Below, piece after piece: positions 26,338 through 40,900 of a stretch of DNA of 64,000 bases. Numbering within the stretch: the stretch's first letter is position 1; each line of letters starts with the position of its first letter. The stretch covers positions 32,116,001 to 32,180,000 of the forward strand of contig OZ241831.1 of NCBI GenBank assembly GCA_965202585.1. Direction: 5' to 3'. A program made the position numbers and the translations under genes. Under the pieces are notes generated by a model. It was not told the origin of the DNA and did not search any database. It worked only from the letters and a program-made list of their open reading frames with translations. This stretch comes from Thalia democratica (Eukaryota).

Positions 26338-29300
26338 ATCGCTTAAAACTTTTATTAACCTGTTCAAAATTATTTATACAAAATAAGTAGCCCTAATATT
26401 TATTTGAACAATAAATTAAGGTATCTTTTTAAAAAAGTACATTAGAAGATAAATTCGTGTTATTAATGTAAAGAAACACTTTAGTGTTTTGATTCGATTA
26501 CTTTCAGCGTTAGTTTTTTATTTATAGTAACAAATACTTATTAGTATGGGAAGTTAGCTGTTACATTTTCTATATTTAAATTGAAAAATCGTATCAAGTT
26601 TTACAATACATAGATTTAATTTTTTTTCTAACGTAGAATAATTTTGTGCATTAAACGTAAATTTACTTAGAAGAATCAAACTGAAAAATATTTGTTTAAC
26701 TTAAAAACTAGACGTAACCAAACTGAAAGTTTGTGTTGAATTACTTTGACTTATACAATTTCTTTAAATTGTCGTAACTTATGATAATTTATATACACAT
26801 AATCTTAAAAGTTTTAAGTGTAAATTTCTTGATACTTTCGCTTACACAAAAATGGTAACAAACACAAATTACTGAGGTTTAAAATTTTTTGTCGTTTTTT
26901 ATTTGCTTAAAAAGTTTAATATAAATGTTATCTCTTTATAAATTTCTACACAGTATGACATTTGTAGTTTTTTTTTTTAACTTATAGAAAATATTTTCTT
27001 TAAAATATTGTTATTGTTCACTAAAATTCTTAAAAACTAAACAAAATAAAGTTGAAAATTTATATACATAAAAATATTTAAAAAACGACACAATAAAATG
27101 TATACTTTTTTAAATATATATTATTTTTGTAAATTGTCGAAAAGAAAAGAATAAAACAAAACATTTTAATCAAAAAGTCCTTTTTGTAGTTTTTTATACA
27201 TAATTTATGAATACAATAGAAACTATGAAGTTTTAAACATATTACTATACATCAAAACCAATTAACTACGAATGTGTAGTTGTTGCCTCTAACAATATCG
27301 TATATTTAAATAAAGAAAAATATATATACAACCAGTTGTTAGTTTCCAGACAATGTCTAAATTTACAAATTATTTTCAGTTAGTTGTTTGTTTTCCAAAC
27401 AAAAACGTATATAACTTTTCAAAATGCTTTAAGCTTTAATTACTTACCATAGCTTACAAACTTTGATAAGTTATAGCGTGCGTTGCTGTGTTTTACAGCT
27501 TAACATCATGCTTGAAAATCTTTTTTTTCTCTCAAAACTATCTTTTTTTACAATCGACTACTTGTAATTTTTTATCAACATTTTTAATTTTTTTTTGTTA
27601 GTTTTGTTATACTTTCAACTTTTAAAATAATTAATCCAGCTAATATTTAGCTGAATTCAAAAATGTTGACTTATCTAATTTATAAATATATACTGGCTAT
27701 TTTAAATTGACCTAACAGCTTTTGTTCATTTTCTAATTTGAATGTTTTAAGTTTTGAAATACATGTCATGTTAGTTAACGTTTTATAAGCATTGTTTAAA
27801 CAATTGAACTTTTATTTTGTCTATTAATCTAATAATACTAATCAAACTGCTTGTTTTTTTTTTAAGTTTATATACTTTACAGTTTTCGTTTCTCTGTAAA
27901 TAATCACAAAGATACAATATAATTTTAAACCTATATACATTTAGTTAAAGTTATATGTAATAATTTTGTTAATTTAAACATTAAAAGTTATTCATTAAAG
28001 AATTAAATTTCAAAAAAAATAATAAAACTGCTAACTAAACTATTTAAACAAAACATCAAATGTAATTTTTGTATTATTTATGTTTGTAAACTTTTGTAAT
28101 TATGGCTTAAATTCTAATTAAACAAAAACATAAAACTTTTATCATTGTACAAAAACTGGTTTCACTCCAACTTTTCGCATAATTTAAATTTTTTACTGAA
28201 TACTTAGATATAGACGATCTTTTTATTGTCCTTATTACAAAAATATTAACTGACTTTGTTTGATTATCAAGTTATATTAAAAAAAGTTTTTTTAATTTAA
28301 TTAATGTTTTATATCTAAACACATTTTTTATACCTTTTAAAGCTAAATCAAGTTTACAGTTTTTGTAAAATAAGCTTTTAAACACACCAAATGCATAAAA
28401 TATTTTAAATACAAAAGTTGCTTAAGTTGTATTTAAAATAAACACAACTTAAAATTTATTATAAAACTTCCTGATGCTAGAGCTATATTACTTTTTAGTT
28501 TTTACTTGAAGTTAATTGTTTTTATTTAACTAATTTCAAAAGTTATAAGCTTACAAAAACTATTTAAATAGTAAATAATATATATTCTCTTAAAGACACT
28601 TGTATAACTACTACACTAAGTAAAGCATAAATACATGTATGTTTTTTTTTTTGAATATTTTGAAAAAAGTAATATTATAAGTTACTTAAATTTTAGTACA
28701 TTCGTAAATGTTTTAAAAATCTGTAAGTTTAATTAGAAAACTATACAATTTATTTACTAAATTATAAAGTGAAAAGACAAAGCAAAGGTAAAATCCAAAT
28801 TTTCATAAAATACTTTTAAAGTTTGTTCTTAAAAAAATACTATATATAATAAACTAAAACTTATCAATTTGTAAAACTACAAATTTTAAAATAATTATTT
28901 AAGTTTCCAAAAACATTTCCTCACAAGTCACTTACGAAAAACTGATTAATTGCTTTAAGTATTAGCAAATTTTAAAAGGGCTAAAAACATTCTTAGATCA
29001 ATTACACTAAAATATGAAAAAAAAATATTTTTTTATTAATTAAGGTTTTACGACAAATCACAAAGTATTACTTTTATAAAATTAGGTGATTTTATTTTTT
29101 TACTACATTTAATTCGTTTGTAATAAAACATACGTTCCAAATTACTTAATGCATAAAGTTAAATAAATCATTTGACTAAATACTTTTCTTAAAATATTAA
29201 ACTAACAATAAAACTTTGGAAACACTTACGTAATAATAAAGCAATGAAACAATTAAAACTTTACGTTTTAAGATGTTTTAGCTTGTGACTAAATTAAACT

Positions 29301-29581
29301 TACAGTCATATATAAATTAAAACTGTAATTTTATTTATAGCTTCTTTTAAATAACATTTGTAACATTGAAAACCATGTTTCTAATATTTTTCTTTTAGTT
29401 TTTACTTTTAATAACTTTAAATCTCAAAAAGTTTTACTCGTGATGTAGTTATACTTATTTTACAAAATGCTTAAATTTATTTTATGCTCTTTTTACATAT
29501 CAGTTTTATTTGAAAATTTAAGAAACGTTTAGAAGGGAATTTTATAAAAAAATCAAGTTGTAAACTTTTTTTTTCCTTTAC

Positions 29582-32500
29582 CGGCTTTGATGATACTTGA
29601 TTAAGAAAATTATTTCAATGAAGTTTAATTAATTTTAACACCTAGATTGACAAAACTATTTCCTTCTAACTCGGTTTTGTTTACTTCTGGACCAAGGTTT
29701 CCTAAACATTTTTTTCATAAGGGCTCTTTTACAGAAATTAAAAAAGTTATAGCGCTTTCCAAAAATGTTTCTAAACAGATTACCCTTAAATACGCCTAAG
29801 ACTTTTTTTCAGCTCTTCATTATCACCTTCTGAATATCTAGTGTAAGTTTCAAATTATGGCCTCATGGCCCCCTTGTGGTCCCTTTACTACTCATGGTCC
29901 CCTGTTTTGCCCCTTTGCTGCTTGTAACCACCTAAACTTCTGTAATGGTCCCTTTTGGAAACCCTTTTCTAGACTTACATTGTTAAATTTCGCTGGTCCA
30001 AATCTCAAATAACTTCCTACCTTTGCATACAAACGTTCTTAGCGATTTTTTTTTTACTTTATTAAACTAAAAAAGATAAACAATTTCTAAATTTTATTCA
30101 CAAATATCTTTCAAATAAAAAGATAATGTTTTTCAAATAACACTTTTATTAGATTTTCTATAGGAAACTTTTTTATTTGTAACTATATTTAAAACTGTTG
30201 TTGCGATTGTTTATTTTTTATCAAAATTTTATTTATATAATACTAATAAAACTTTCTTACCGTTTAAAACCGTCTTAATTTCAACTTACAAATTTTAGAA
30301 CACAGAGGTTTTTTATTGCGATTCAAAAAGCGACAAATTTTGTTCTGTAAACTTTTATTTAAACATATTTCTTGTGTAAGTGACAACTTTACAACACTAA
30401 TTCATTGAATCAATACACAACTTGTGAAATTTTCAAAGGTATGACATTTCAGCTAAGCTAAATTTAAAAACAAAAACTAAAACAATCGATTACATAATTT
30501 AAAAATGAAACAATACTTTCTTCAAATAGTTTTGTAATTTTTCTAAAACATTTTTGAACTGTCATAGTTTAATAGATTTATTTGGTTTTAGGAAAATGAT
30601 AAATTGCCTCAAATGCACTAACAGTTGTACTTTACTGAACGTAACACAAACAATAATTTAATTTACAATATCGTCATACTGTAAAATATTCATACTTCAA
30701 GTAGTTATCTTCTCAAACAATAATTTTTGTAGTTTGTCTTAACATCTAAAACATGGTTGATTATTTATAAGTTTTATTTTGTTATATTATTACTAGTTAT
30801 TAAATGATGTAAAATATGAAGAATTTCAAAATACAAATATAAATCGCTACGCATGAAGCATACTAATACATTTTCTAATATACATTATATATTTAATCAA
30901 CTTAGATCCATTCTAAAGTCAAAAAAGCTAAATATTTTAGTAAAAGATAACTACATTTGACTGTGCATTTAACTATTACTTACTTTAGCTTATTTGTACT
31001 ATATTACAATAAAAATTTCATTAACTTAAAACAAAAAGTTGAGTACAAAGTAAGCTAAAACACTGTAGTTAATTAAATAAATCAACTTATTTCACTTGTT
31101 TAGATTTATTGTTATTTTACTTAAGAAGTACATAACAGGCTTTACGTTTTTCAGTTTATGTTCAGTAATAAGTATTTTGTTTTGAAAATTGTATTAATTT
31201 ATTAGAAAAACAGATCTATTAATAAAAGTATCAAAATTTAAAAGTTATAGTTCATTTGTTAAAACAGATTCACATAACATCAAAAGCACATGTGCAGTTC
31301 AAACTAGTTTGTATACAAATAAAAGGTCAAGCGCTACAGCTTATTAAGACGACCTTTCATTTATCACAATTTAAAATATACTATGTGCATATGTTACATT
31401 GCATTTTTACTATAAGTTCACATCAAAAAAGTTTAAAGCTGTTCAAAATTAAATATTCTTAAATTTATATTTGAAACTTCGTTTTTTTTTTTTAACGTTT
31501 TTTCGTCAAAACTTAGCTTAAATATAATTTCGTTAAACTTTTCAATTTTACATTTAGGCAAAATAACAAATTAGTAATATCCTCAAATCAAGCTGTTATC
31601 ACTAATTTTATAATTTAACATAACCAGCTATAAATAGACAAAAGTATGGGTAATTTAAACACGCGAATAAAATATTCAAATCTCTGCGTGAATTGTTGCC
31701 CGGCTAATTTACATCTTGTCATATGTTTTCCAATTTATATTTTAACAAATATATATATTAGTTTTAATCAATATTTTTTTCCGATTATTATGCCAGATTA
31801 TCTAAAATATGAAAAGTTTAAAAGGTGAAATAAACTTTTTAGTATATTTGGATTATTCTTGTTTTTCGCAATAAAATTAAAAGTTTTTATACTTTTCAAC
31901 ACTACTTGATAAAATTTTAAGCTTTCAAATGAAAAACTACTTAAATTACTTGTTCATGAATAGAATTTTTAAACAGCCGATCAGCAAAGAATCTGCATGA
32001 CCTGTACCTATGAAAAGATGCAAGGGCTGACAGGGGAACGCCATTAAATAAAAGGAACGAGTAAATATGCTAGTGTTTTATTCAAAAACTTAATTTAAAA
32101 CTTAGCAAAAAATGATAAATACATTTTTATTTTAACTTGTATAAGTAAATTGATAAATGATAAATGACAAAATCAACTATAATTTTATAACACCATTAGA
32201 TTCATTAAGCAAAACTTACAATTACGTCGCGCTATTATAGTTGAACTTTTTTTCAAGAATTTAAGCAGTGTAATTTATTTTAGAGTAATAGTTACAGAGT
32301 TTTATTTGTTTACAAATTTTACCAGCCAACAAATTCTAAGTATGTTTATTTGTTTAAACTTTGTAACTTTATAAAGAACCTAAAACTTATCTAAATTAGC
32401 ACGAATTCATCTGTTAATATTATGATTTTACTAAACTGATAGCTTGAAATTATAAACTTTTTTTTTTCTCACATAATTGCCAGTTTTATTTCAACTTTAG

Positions 32501-32812
32501 ACTAATGTCTTCTTTCAAATTTGTTTTTTTTAATGCAGGATGTTTTTATTCAACTGAGGATCTCGTTTGAAACATTTCAAACAAGTGAAACATTATTTTA
32601 ACAATAAAATTTAAAAATTTGAAGTGATTATCCACCAAAGCTTCAATAGTGTGTGAATATTGAGTAGTTTTATGTAATCAAGATTCATTTACAATATTTT
32701 AACAGACAAGTGCTGATAAGAAGCAAATCGTAAGAGTCAGGTAGCATGTTGATGGAAAGTAAACATAAAATGAAGATAAAACAGGAAAATTATGACGGCA
32801 AAATTAACTAAA
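29582..32812 (-). pseudogene. RNF220-like: RNF220-like gene, tandem copy 3 (partial, disrupted)
   Basis: The RQERLNAK-type exon remnant (SYLRFGPAKFNNVSLE) at 29582-30066 is split by a MITE. The same five conserved intronic blocks follow at 30378-32812. Upstream exons were not found. Confidence 0.65.
29693..29966. mobile_element. 274-bp hAT MITE inserted into an RNF220-like exon
   Basis: TIRs caaggtttcctaaa / ttttggaaaccctt; 8-bp TSD ttctggac (29685-29692) / ttctagac (29967-29974). The empty site ttctagac is present in copy 2. Confidence 0.85.
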
Positions 32813-32945
32813 AGTGGCTGCTTATACAAACAGTTTAAAAACTTTCTTAATGTAGCTCAGTCTGGCATGCTGATAAAGTTTCTGAGTACTTAAATACTAT
32901 TAAATTTTCTAAAGTAGTTAGTTACACATACGTGTCTATCTAGGT

Positions 32946-33078
32946 CAGGGGTCGGCAAACTGCGGCCCGCGAAGGATGAACCTGCGGCCTGTGAGAACGT
33001 TTATTTTTGTATTGAATGCAGCCCGCGAAAGAAAATTGTGTGGCCCGCGAGCATGTAAATGTGGCCCGCTGAGCAAAG
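32946..33078 (+). mobile_element. hAT (Charlie-like) terminal fragment
   Basis: TIR caggggtcggcaaac and repeated ggcccgc subterminal motifs; the TIR matches that of 11422-12270. No second end was found. Confidence 0.7.
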
Positions 33079-33374
33079 TTATTTTTTCAGTCAAATTTTT
33101 TTCGGTAGTATGATTTAATTTTATAATTTCGTTTTAAGTCCCTGTATAACATTTTATTTTAATGAAAGACTTGACTGCTTTTGCTTAAAAATGTGAAAAA
33201 ATAGACAAGCGTTTTACTAGTTTTTTTACACAGTTTCATAATAACTTTCTTTTTACAACAACAAGTTAATTTCTGAAACAGATTGTAAAGAATGTTTAGG
33301 TTTAGTAAGTTATATATATAACACTTTTTTAATAAATAAACTAAATGCAAATGTTCTCTATTATGTACAAGAAC

Positions 33375-33422
33375 GAGTAATGCACAGTACTTAACAAAGA
33401 GTAATGCACAGTACTTAACAAA
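33375..33422 (+). repeat. 24-bp perfect tandem duplication
   Basis: gagtaatgcacagtacttaacaaa occurs twice in tandem. Confidence 0.95.
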
Positions 33423-34963
33423 AATATCATTTTTTTACAATTTAGTTTAACATGTAATTTACTCTTATGTTTCTCTTTAAAAAATTTTGTAATTATATGC
33501 TATATTTAAGTGTACACAAACACTTTAAAAATTTCGTACTAATACAACCATAGGTTTATTGTATTTTGGTTTCGACACATTTTGATTTTTTAGAAGTTTT
33601 CTGTGCACTTCAAATTAATTCCTATGCACACAAAAGTACTCAGGTACTCATTTTTTGAACCACTTTTTTATTTAATACTTAGTTATATTAAGATAAGTTT
33701 AAGATAATGTATTATTATTATACCTACAGCAACATCTAAGTGTGTACAGACACTCTTAAAATTATATATATATGGCATAAACTAAAATAGTTTTTGTTAG
33801 GTATATATTTTCAGTTTTCAAACAATATTTTTTGGCAATTTTTTTTTCTATTGTCTTTGTTTCGCGTTCTTTAATAAATTTTAGTACTCCATAATTTAAA
33901 AAAAAAATCAATCAAGCTATCGCACGTATTAAACTTTGGTCGCAAATGTGTGCTACTCTTCAACAAAATACTTTTTTTGTGGAAGGTTTATAGGATCTGA
34001 ATACATTTAGAAGCCTGAGTGTGTGGCAGCCAGTTAAAACTTTTTTATAACGAATAATAAATATAATAGCTGTATATTAACTTAAACAATGAGCCAACCA
34101 CATTTATTAGTCTTTTCTGAGCTTGACTTATCAAAAGTCTTTAGGGACAACGTAATTTTAAAAAGTTACACTAATAAAATAAGTAACTACTTTTTTAAAA
34201 GAAAGTTATAATGAAATAACAACTTATTGAGCGAGCTTTTTTTTTTTAACTTTGTTCATTTTGTTTTGAACAAGTTATTTTTAAGCCAAAAAATGTACTA
34301 TGCGGACAAGAGACTTGTATTTGGTGAGCCATAACAAGCCTTAAAGGTTTACCTTGTCCGCTTCTAGTTCAACTATTTATACAGCCAGAAACAATTAACC
34401 AAGATATGTCAAGAGTTTTATAGTAGAACACATAAATGGTTCAAGCTCTTTATGTAATTATTAGTCACATAGTATTCGAATATTCTGTTCAAGAACATAG
34501 TAAAAACAGTTTTGATTATCACTTACCAAACACATAAACACCTAAAAGATAAACATAATGAGCAAACAAGTAAACTAATATAAGTCATAATAATTTGTTA
34601 ATCAATTCAATAAGTTTATAATAACTGGCATTTTAGATTAAGACGAATAAAAAATCGCTGAGAAACAATATAAAAGTAATGATATCAACTTTAAACAACT
34701 AAAAGTTTAAACTAACCAAAAAGTAATTATTCAGAGTAGTTTATATAAGTTAGATTTATACAAAAGTTGTTGTTCACATGTCTCATTTTATGACTTAAAA
34801 GTATTTTTAGGTAGAGGTTGAAAACGATTAACTAAAAATCTTTTAACAATAACAAACAACTTCATTTCATATTTACAAAACAGCTAAAAACTTTTGTCAA
34901 ACAATTCCAACAAAAGCTTTTTTTCAGTGTCAGTTTTAAAACTTTAAGCAATTTTGTAAAAGA

Positions 34964-37900
34964 GAGAGAAGCTCTAAAACTAAATGGATATCACCACAAT
35001 TGAAGAAAGAAGTCTTAGTTAAAAGAAGAGCTACTTCGTTAGCAACTTGTACGGACCTTTAAAGACTTATAAAATAGCTTGTGGACCTCTAAAAGAAGAA
35101 ATACTTTGTAATAAGAATCCTTTCATTAAAAAATAGTTTCAACAATTTTTTTATCAATAGTTTTCGTTTCTCGTTCTACTTGTTATTCGTTGCTTACCTA
35201 AAGTTTTCCAAAGACAACCTACCACTGAATTGAGCAATAACTTTCTTTTATTTTTATTTATAAGTTGTGTATCTAACATCTTAAAATTATTTTTATGCTT
35301 TATAGAAAACTTAGTATTGTTGCATCACATAAACTTTATTTTTACAAGAATTTACTTGAAGTTAATTGCTGTATAAAAATGGGACTGTCAAACTAATAAG
35401 TCTGAATTGTTAAACAAAAATATACTGCCAACGATTTACTTTTTAGCTAAAAACTTTATATTTCATAACATTAAACAAAAACAAATTCCGGTAAAAACTT
35501 AAAATTAAGGTTCTCAAGTTATTAAATAGTAATTACTTGTGGTTTATTATAGCTTTTTTTATATCATTTTTGTTTTAAATGTTATTTTTTACTGATTATA
35601 ATACTTTTTTGATATTTTTGACACCAGATGACTTTTCTTATATAGTCCTGACCGCCAGTAGCTTTTACTGTCGAAAAAGTGACCAGGACTTATAAAAGGC
35701 TGCCTGCCCCTGGTATAAGACAAACCATATTTTGAATGTTTTAACGCGATGTAAAAAACAAAACAAAAGATAATGGTTTACAAAACATTAGTAATGAAAA
35801 CTAATGAACCTAATAAATAATAGAGAAATTTTAAAGCCTAATAACAGTATAGTTATTTTTTCGTAACAATGAAGCTTTCTTTGTACACGGTTGCGATTCT
35901 TTTAAGTTAAATAGACAGTCAGAGACGCAACAAAAACTCAAGCTTAACTTATTTCAAACAAGCCTGTGTTGACCTGAGTTAGCCCAAGTCAGCCTGAGTT
36001 TGTGACAACCCTTGATGTACTTCGGGCTACATGGGTCTCTAGCTTTATGTGAAATCGCCTTTGTAACAGGTTCGGCAGTTTCGACAGGAGCCAGATTAGC
36101 AGTAGCTTCGGGCCATCTTTATCTCTAGTTGCTACCTCGGTCTGCGACCGAGTACAAGAGGTGTAAGAGCTAATACCCTATACATTTTACTTATAATTTA
36201 AGTTTAAATATAGACTAACAAGTATCTATATGCTTTATTATACAATACAATCAAAGACACGATAAGAAAGGTTATTACTTGAGAAGGCTTCTTGCAGTTC
36301 ACAATTCTAGTTAGGCTGTAACAAGTGGTTGCTCGTACAGTTTACTGGTTCAGAAAGTAGGGACTTATACTTCCTCGTTGACACCGGATGTAGAGCGCGC
36401 GAGATAAAAAGATATAATATTCAAATAAAGAAAATTATAAATAATAGCAATAAGTTTATACCACCGAATGTATGGGCTTATGCGTGGAGCTTAATGTTCA
36501 AATTGATCCAAACTGGAAGTTGTTGTTGCTTGTCTGCTGCAGTATGCGTAGACTTATGAGTATGGCACGTTAACAACTCAAATCAAGTTGTACGCCCCGT
36601 CGACGTTGCTAAAGTAGGTATACAAAATGTATATAGAACAAGATATAAAAACTACGAAGTAATGAAGTTAAGTACAAAGTAAATGTTTCAGACAAACAAA
36701 TACTTGAATAAGAATGTTTTTCCGGAGATCATCTAGCTTTTTCAAGATGGCGACTTACACTCAGAGCGCCAAGAGAAGGTTTTTTCCAGGAGATCAGCTA
36801 TCTTTTCCAAGATGGCGGTTTACGCTTCGGACTGGAAACTGGCGTAGTGATGCTTCTTGTTAAGGTCGAAATCCAAATGTTCCGTTTTCTCGTTCGCTCG
36901 GCTGTTTATATACGTCCTTCTTACATAACATCACCTGGTCAAGACATGATTTCATGATGTAACATGCTGATTAAAGCATGAAACCGGCGTGATCGGTAGT
37001 TAATTCTACATGGCAAAAATGCGTCAACTAGCGGTTGTTACTATTTATTCGAAATAATGTTTTTAAAAACCAAAGTAGTGTTTTTATCATTTAAAGAATT
37101 ATTAGTAAAAGAAAAGGATTTAAATATGAAATTACTTATAAACTCGACTTTTGGACTATCGAAGCGAAAATAAAAAAATTTTCACGTCGATGTCCAACAC
37201 CCTGTTTGTACCAGAGAGAAGAGAAGCTCTAAAACTAAATGGATATCACCACAATTGAAGAAAGAAGTCTTAGTTAAAAGAAGAGCTACTTCGTTAGCAA
37301 CTTGTACGGACCTTTAAAGACTTATAAAATAGCTTGTGGACCTCTAAAAGAAGAAATACTTTGTAATAAGAATCCTTTCATTAAAAAATAGTTTCAACAA
37401 TTTTTTTATCAATAGTTTTCGTTTCTCGTTCTACTTGTTATTCGTTGCTTACCTAAAGTTTTCCAAAGACAACCTACCACTGAATTGAGCAATAACTTTC
37501 TTTTATTTTTATTTATAAGTTGTGTATCTAACATCTTAAAATTATTTTTATGCTTTATAGAAAACTTAGTATTGTTGCATCACATAAACTTTATTTTTAC
37601 AAGAATTTACTTGAAGTTAATTGCTGTATAAAAATGGGACTGTCAAACTAATAAGTCTGAATTGTTAAACAAAAATATACTGCCAACGATTTACTTTTTA
37701 GCTAAAAACTTTATATTTCATAACATTAAACAAAAACAAATTCCGGTAAAAACTTAAAATTAAGGTTCTCAAGTTATTAAATAGTAATTACTTGTGGTTT
37801 ATTATAGCTTTTTTTATATCATTTTTGTTTTAAATGTTATTTTTTACTGATTATAATACTTTTTTGATATTTTTGACACCAGATGACTTTTCTTATATAG

Positions 37901-40900
37901 TCCTGACCGCCAGTAGCTTTTACTGTCGAAAAAGTGACCAGGACTTATAAAAGGCTGCCTGCCCCTGGTATAAGACAAACCATATTTTGAATGTTTTAAC
38001 GCGATGTGAAAAACAAAACAAAAGATAATGGTTTACAAAACATTAGTAATGAAAACTAATGAACCTAATAAACAATAGAGAAATTTTAAAGCCTAATAAC
38101 AGTATAGTTATTTTTTCGTAACAATGAAGCTTTCTTTGTACACGGTTGCAATTCTTTTAAGTTAAATAGACAGTCAGAGACGCAACAAAAACTCAAGCTT
38201 AACTTATTTCAAACAAGCCTGTGTTGACCTGAGTTAGCCCAAGTCAGCCTGAGTTTGTGACAACCCTTGATGTACTTCGGGCTACATGGGTCTCTAGCTT
38301 TATGTGAAATCGCCTTTGTAACAGGTTCGGCAGTTTCGACAGGAGCCAGATTAGCAGTAGCTTCGGGCCATCTTTATCTCTAGTTGCTACCTCGGTCTGC
38401 GACCGAGTACAAGAGGTGTAAGAGCTAATACCCTATACATTTTACTTATAATTTAAGTTTAAATATAGACTAACAAGTATCTATATGCTTTATTATACAA
38501 TACAATCAAAGACACGATAAGAAAGGTTATTACTTGAGAAGGCTTCTTGCAGTTCACAATTCTAGTTAGGCTGTAACAAGTGGTTGCTCGTACAGTTTAC
38601 TGGTTCAGAAAGTAGGGACTTATACTTCCTCGTTGACACCGGATGTAGAGCGCGCGAGATAAAAAGATATAATATTCAAATAAAGAAAATTATAAATAAT
38701 AGCAATAAGTTTATACCACCGAATGTATGGGCTTATGCGTGGAGCTTAATGTTCAAATTGATCCAAACTGGAAGTTGTTGTTGCTTGTCTGCTGCAGTAT
38801 GCGTAGACTTATGAGTATGGCACGTTAACAACTCAAATCAAGTTGTACGCCCCGTCGACGTTGCTAAAGTAGGTATACAAAATGTATATAGAACAAGATA
38901 TAAAAACTACGAAGTAATGAAGTTAAGTACAAAGTAAATGTTTCAGACAAACAAATACTTGAATAAGAATGTTTTTCCGGAGATCATCTAGCTTTTTCAA
39001 GATGGCGACTTACACTCAGAGCGCCAAGAGAAGGTTTTTTCCAGGAGATCAGCTATCTTTTCCAAGATGGCGGTTTACGCTTCGGACTGGAAACTGGCGT
39101 AGTGATGCTTCTTGTTAAGGTAGAAATCCAAATGTTCCGTTTTCTCGTTCGCTCGGCTGTTTATATACGTCCTTCTTACATAACATCACCTGGTCAAGAC
39201 ATGATTTCATGATGTAACATGCTGATTAAAGCATGAAACCGGCGTGATCGGTAGTTAATTCTACATGGCAAAAATGCGTCAACTAGCGGTTGTTACTATT
39301 TATTCGAAATAATGTTTTTAAAAACCAAAGTAGTGTTTTTATCATTTAAAGAATTATTAGTAAAAGAAAAGGATTTAAATATGAAATTACTTATAAACTC
39401 GACTTTTGGACTATCGAAGCGAAAATAAAAAAATTTTCACGTCGATGTCCAACACCCTGTTTGTACCAGAGAGAAGAGAAGCTCTAAAACTAAATGGATA
39501 TCACCACAATTGAAGAAAGAAGTCTTAGTTAAAAGAAGAGCTACTTCGTTAGCAACTTGTACGGACCTTTAAAGACTTATAAAATAGCTTGTGGACCTCT
39601 AAAAGAAGAAATACTTTGTAATAAGAATCCTTTCATTAAAAAATAGTTTCAACAATTTTTTTATCAATAGTTTTCGTTTCTCGTTCTACTTGTTATTCGT
39701 TGCTTACCTAAAGTTTTCCAAAGACAACCTACCACTGAATTGAGCAATAACTTTCTTTTATTTTTATTTATAAGTTGTGTATCTAACATCTTAAAATTAT
39801 TTTTATGCTTTATAGAAAACTTAGTATTGTTGCATCACATAAACTTTATTTTTACAAGAATTTACTTGAAGTTAATTGCTGTATAAAAATGGGACTGTCA
39901 AACTAATAAGTCTGAATTGTTAAACAAAAATATACTGCCAACGATTTACTTTTTAGCTAAAAACTTTATATTTCATAACATTAAACAAAAACAAATTCCG
40001 GTAAAAACTTAAAATTAAGGTTCTCAAGTTATTAAATAGTAATTACTTGTGGTTTATTATAGCTTTTTTTATATCATTTTTGTTTTAAATGTTATTTTTT
40101 ACTGATTATAATACTTTTTTGATATTTTTGACACCAGATGACTTTTCTTATATAGTCCTGACCGCCAGTAGCTTTTACTGTCGAAAAAGTGACCAGGACT
40201 TATAAAAGGCTGCCTGCCCCTGGTATAAGACAAACCATATTTTGAATGTTTTAACGCGATGTGAAAAACAAAACAAAAGATAATGGTTTACAAAACATTA
40301 GTAATGAAAACTAATGAACCTAATAAATAATAGAGAAATTTTAAAGCCTAATAACAGTATAGTTATTTTTTCGTAACAATGAAGCTTTCTTTGTACACGG
40401 TTGCGATTCTTTTAAGTTAAATAGACAGTCAGAGACGCAACAAAAACTCAAGCTTAACTTATTTCAAACAAGCCTGTGTTGACCTGAGTTAGCCCAAGTC
40501 AGCCTGAGTTTGTGACAACCCTTGATGTACTTCGGGCTACATGGGTCTCTAGCTTTATGTGAAATCGCCTTTGTAACAGGTTCGGCAGTTTCGACAGGAG
40601 CCAGATTAGCAGTAGCTTCGGGCCATCTTTATCTCTAGTTGCTACCTCGGTCTGCGACCGAGTACAAGAGGTGTAAGAGCTAATACCCTATACATTTTAC
40701 TTATAATTTAAGTTTAAATATAGACTAACAAGTATCTATATGCTTTATTATACAATACAATCAAAGACACGATAAGAAAGGTTATTACTTGAGAAGGCTT
40801 CTTGCAGTTCACAATTCTAGTTAGGCTGTAACAAGTGGTTGCTCGTACAGTTTACTGGTTCAGAAAGTAGGGACTTATACTTCCTCGTTGACACCGGATG

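Larger units (their letters stand above)
15800..26359 (-). pseudogene. RNF220-like: RNF220-like gene, tandem copy 2 (most complete; one frameshift and one stop seen)
   Basis: Exons with AG/GT ends: 26289-26359 (MEPYFKQYKIRRFESS), 24952-25283 (DTSYAWFEFLKRF..., 332 nt, so frameshifted), 24752-24838 (87 nt), 23863-24160 (VCPLCGFSLEESNVEKHFEMELEKL, internal TAA at 24033-24035), 15800-16015. Phase-1 junctions match across the first four exons. Motifs recall RNF220 CPIC...EHMEQELEQL and RVRANRQTRLNARIG. No RING exon was found. Confidence 0.75.

Noticed and set aside
36100-36185. Hammerhead or HDV-like ribozyme near the ctcggtc/gaccgag hairpin
   Set aside because: No CUGAUGA/GAAA core was found on either strand, and I could not assign P1, P2 or P3 pairings by hand.
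36329-36559. 76-aa ORF repeated three times
   Set aside because: It has a non-ATG start and no recognisable motif. Its identity across copies only reflects the recent triplication.
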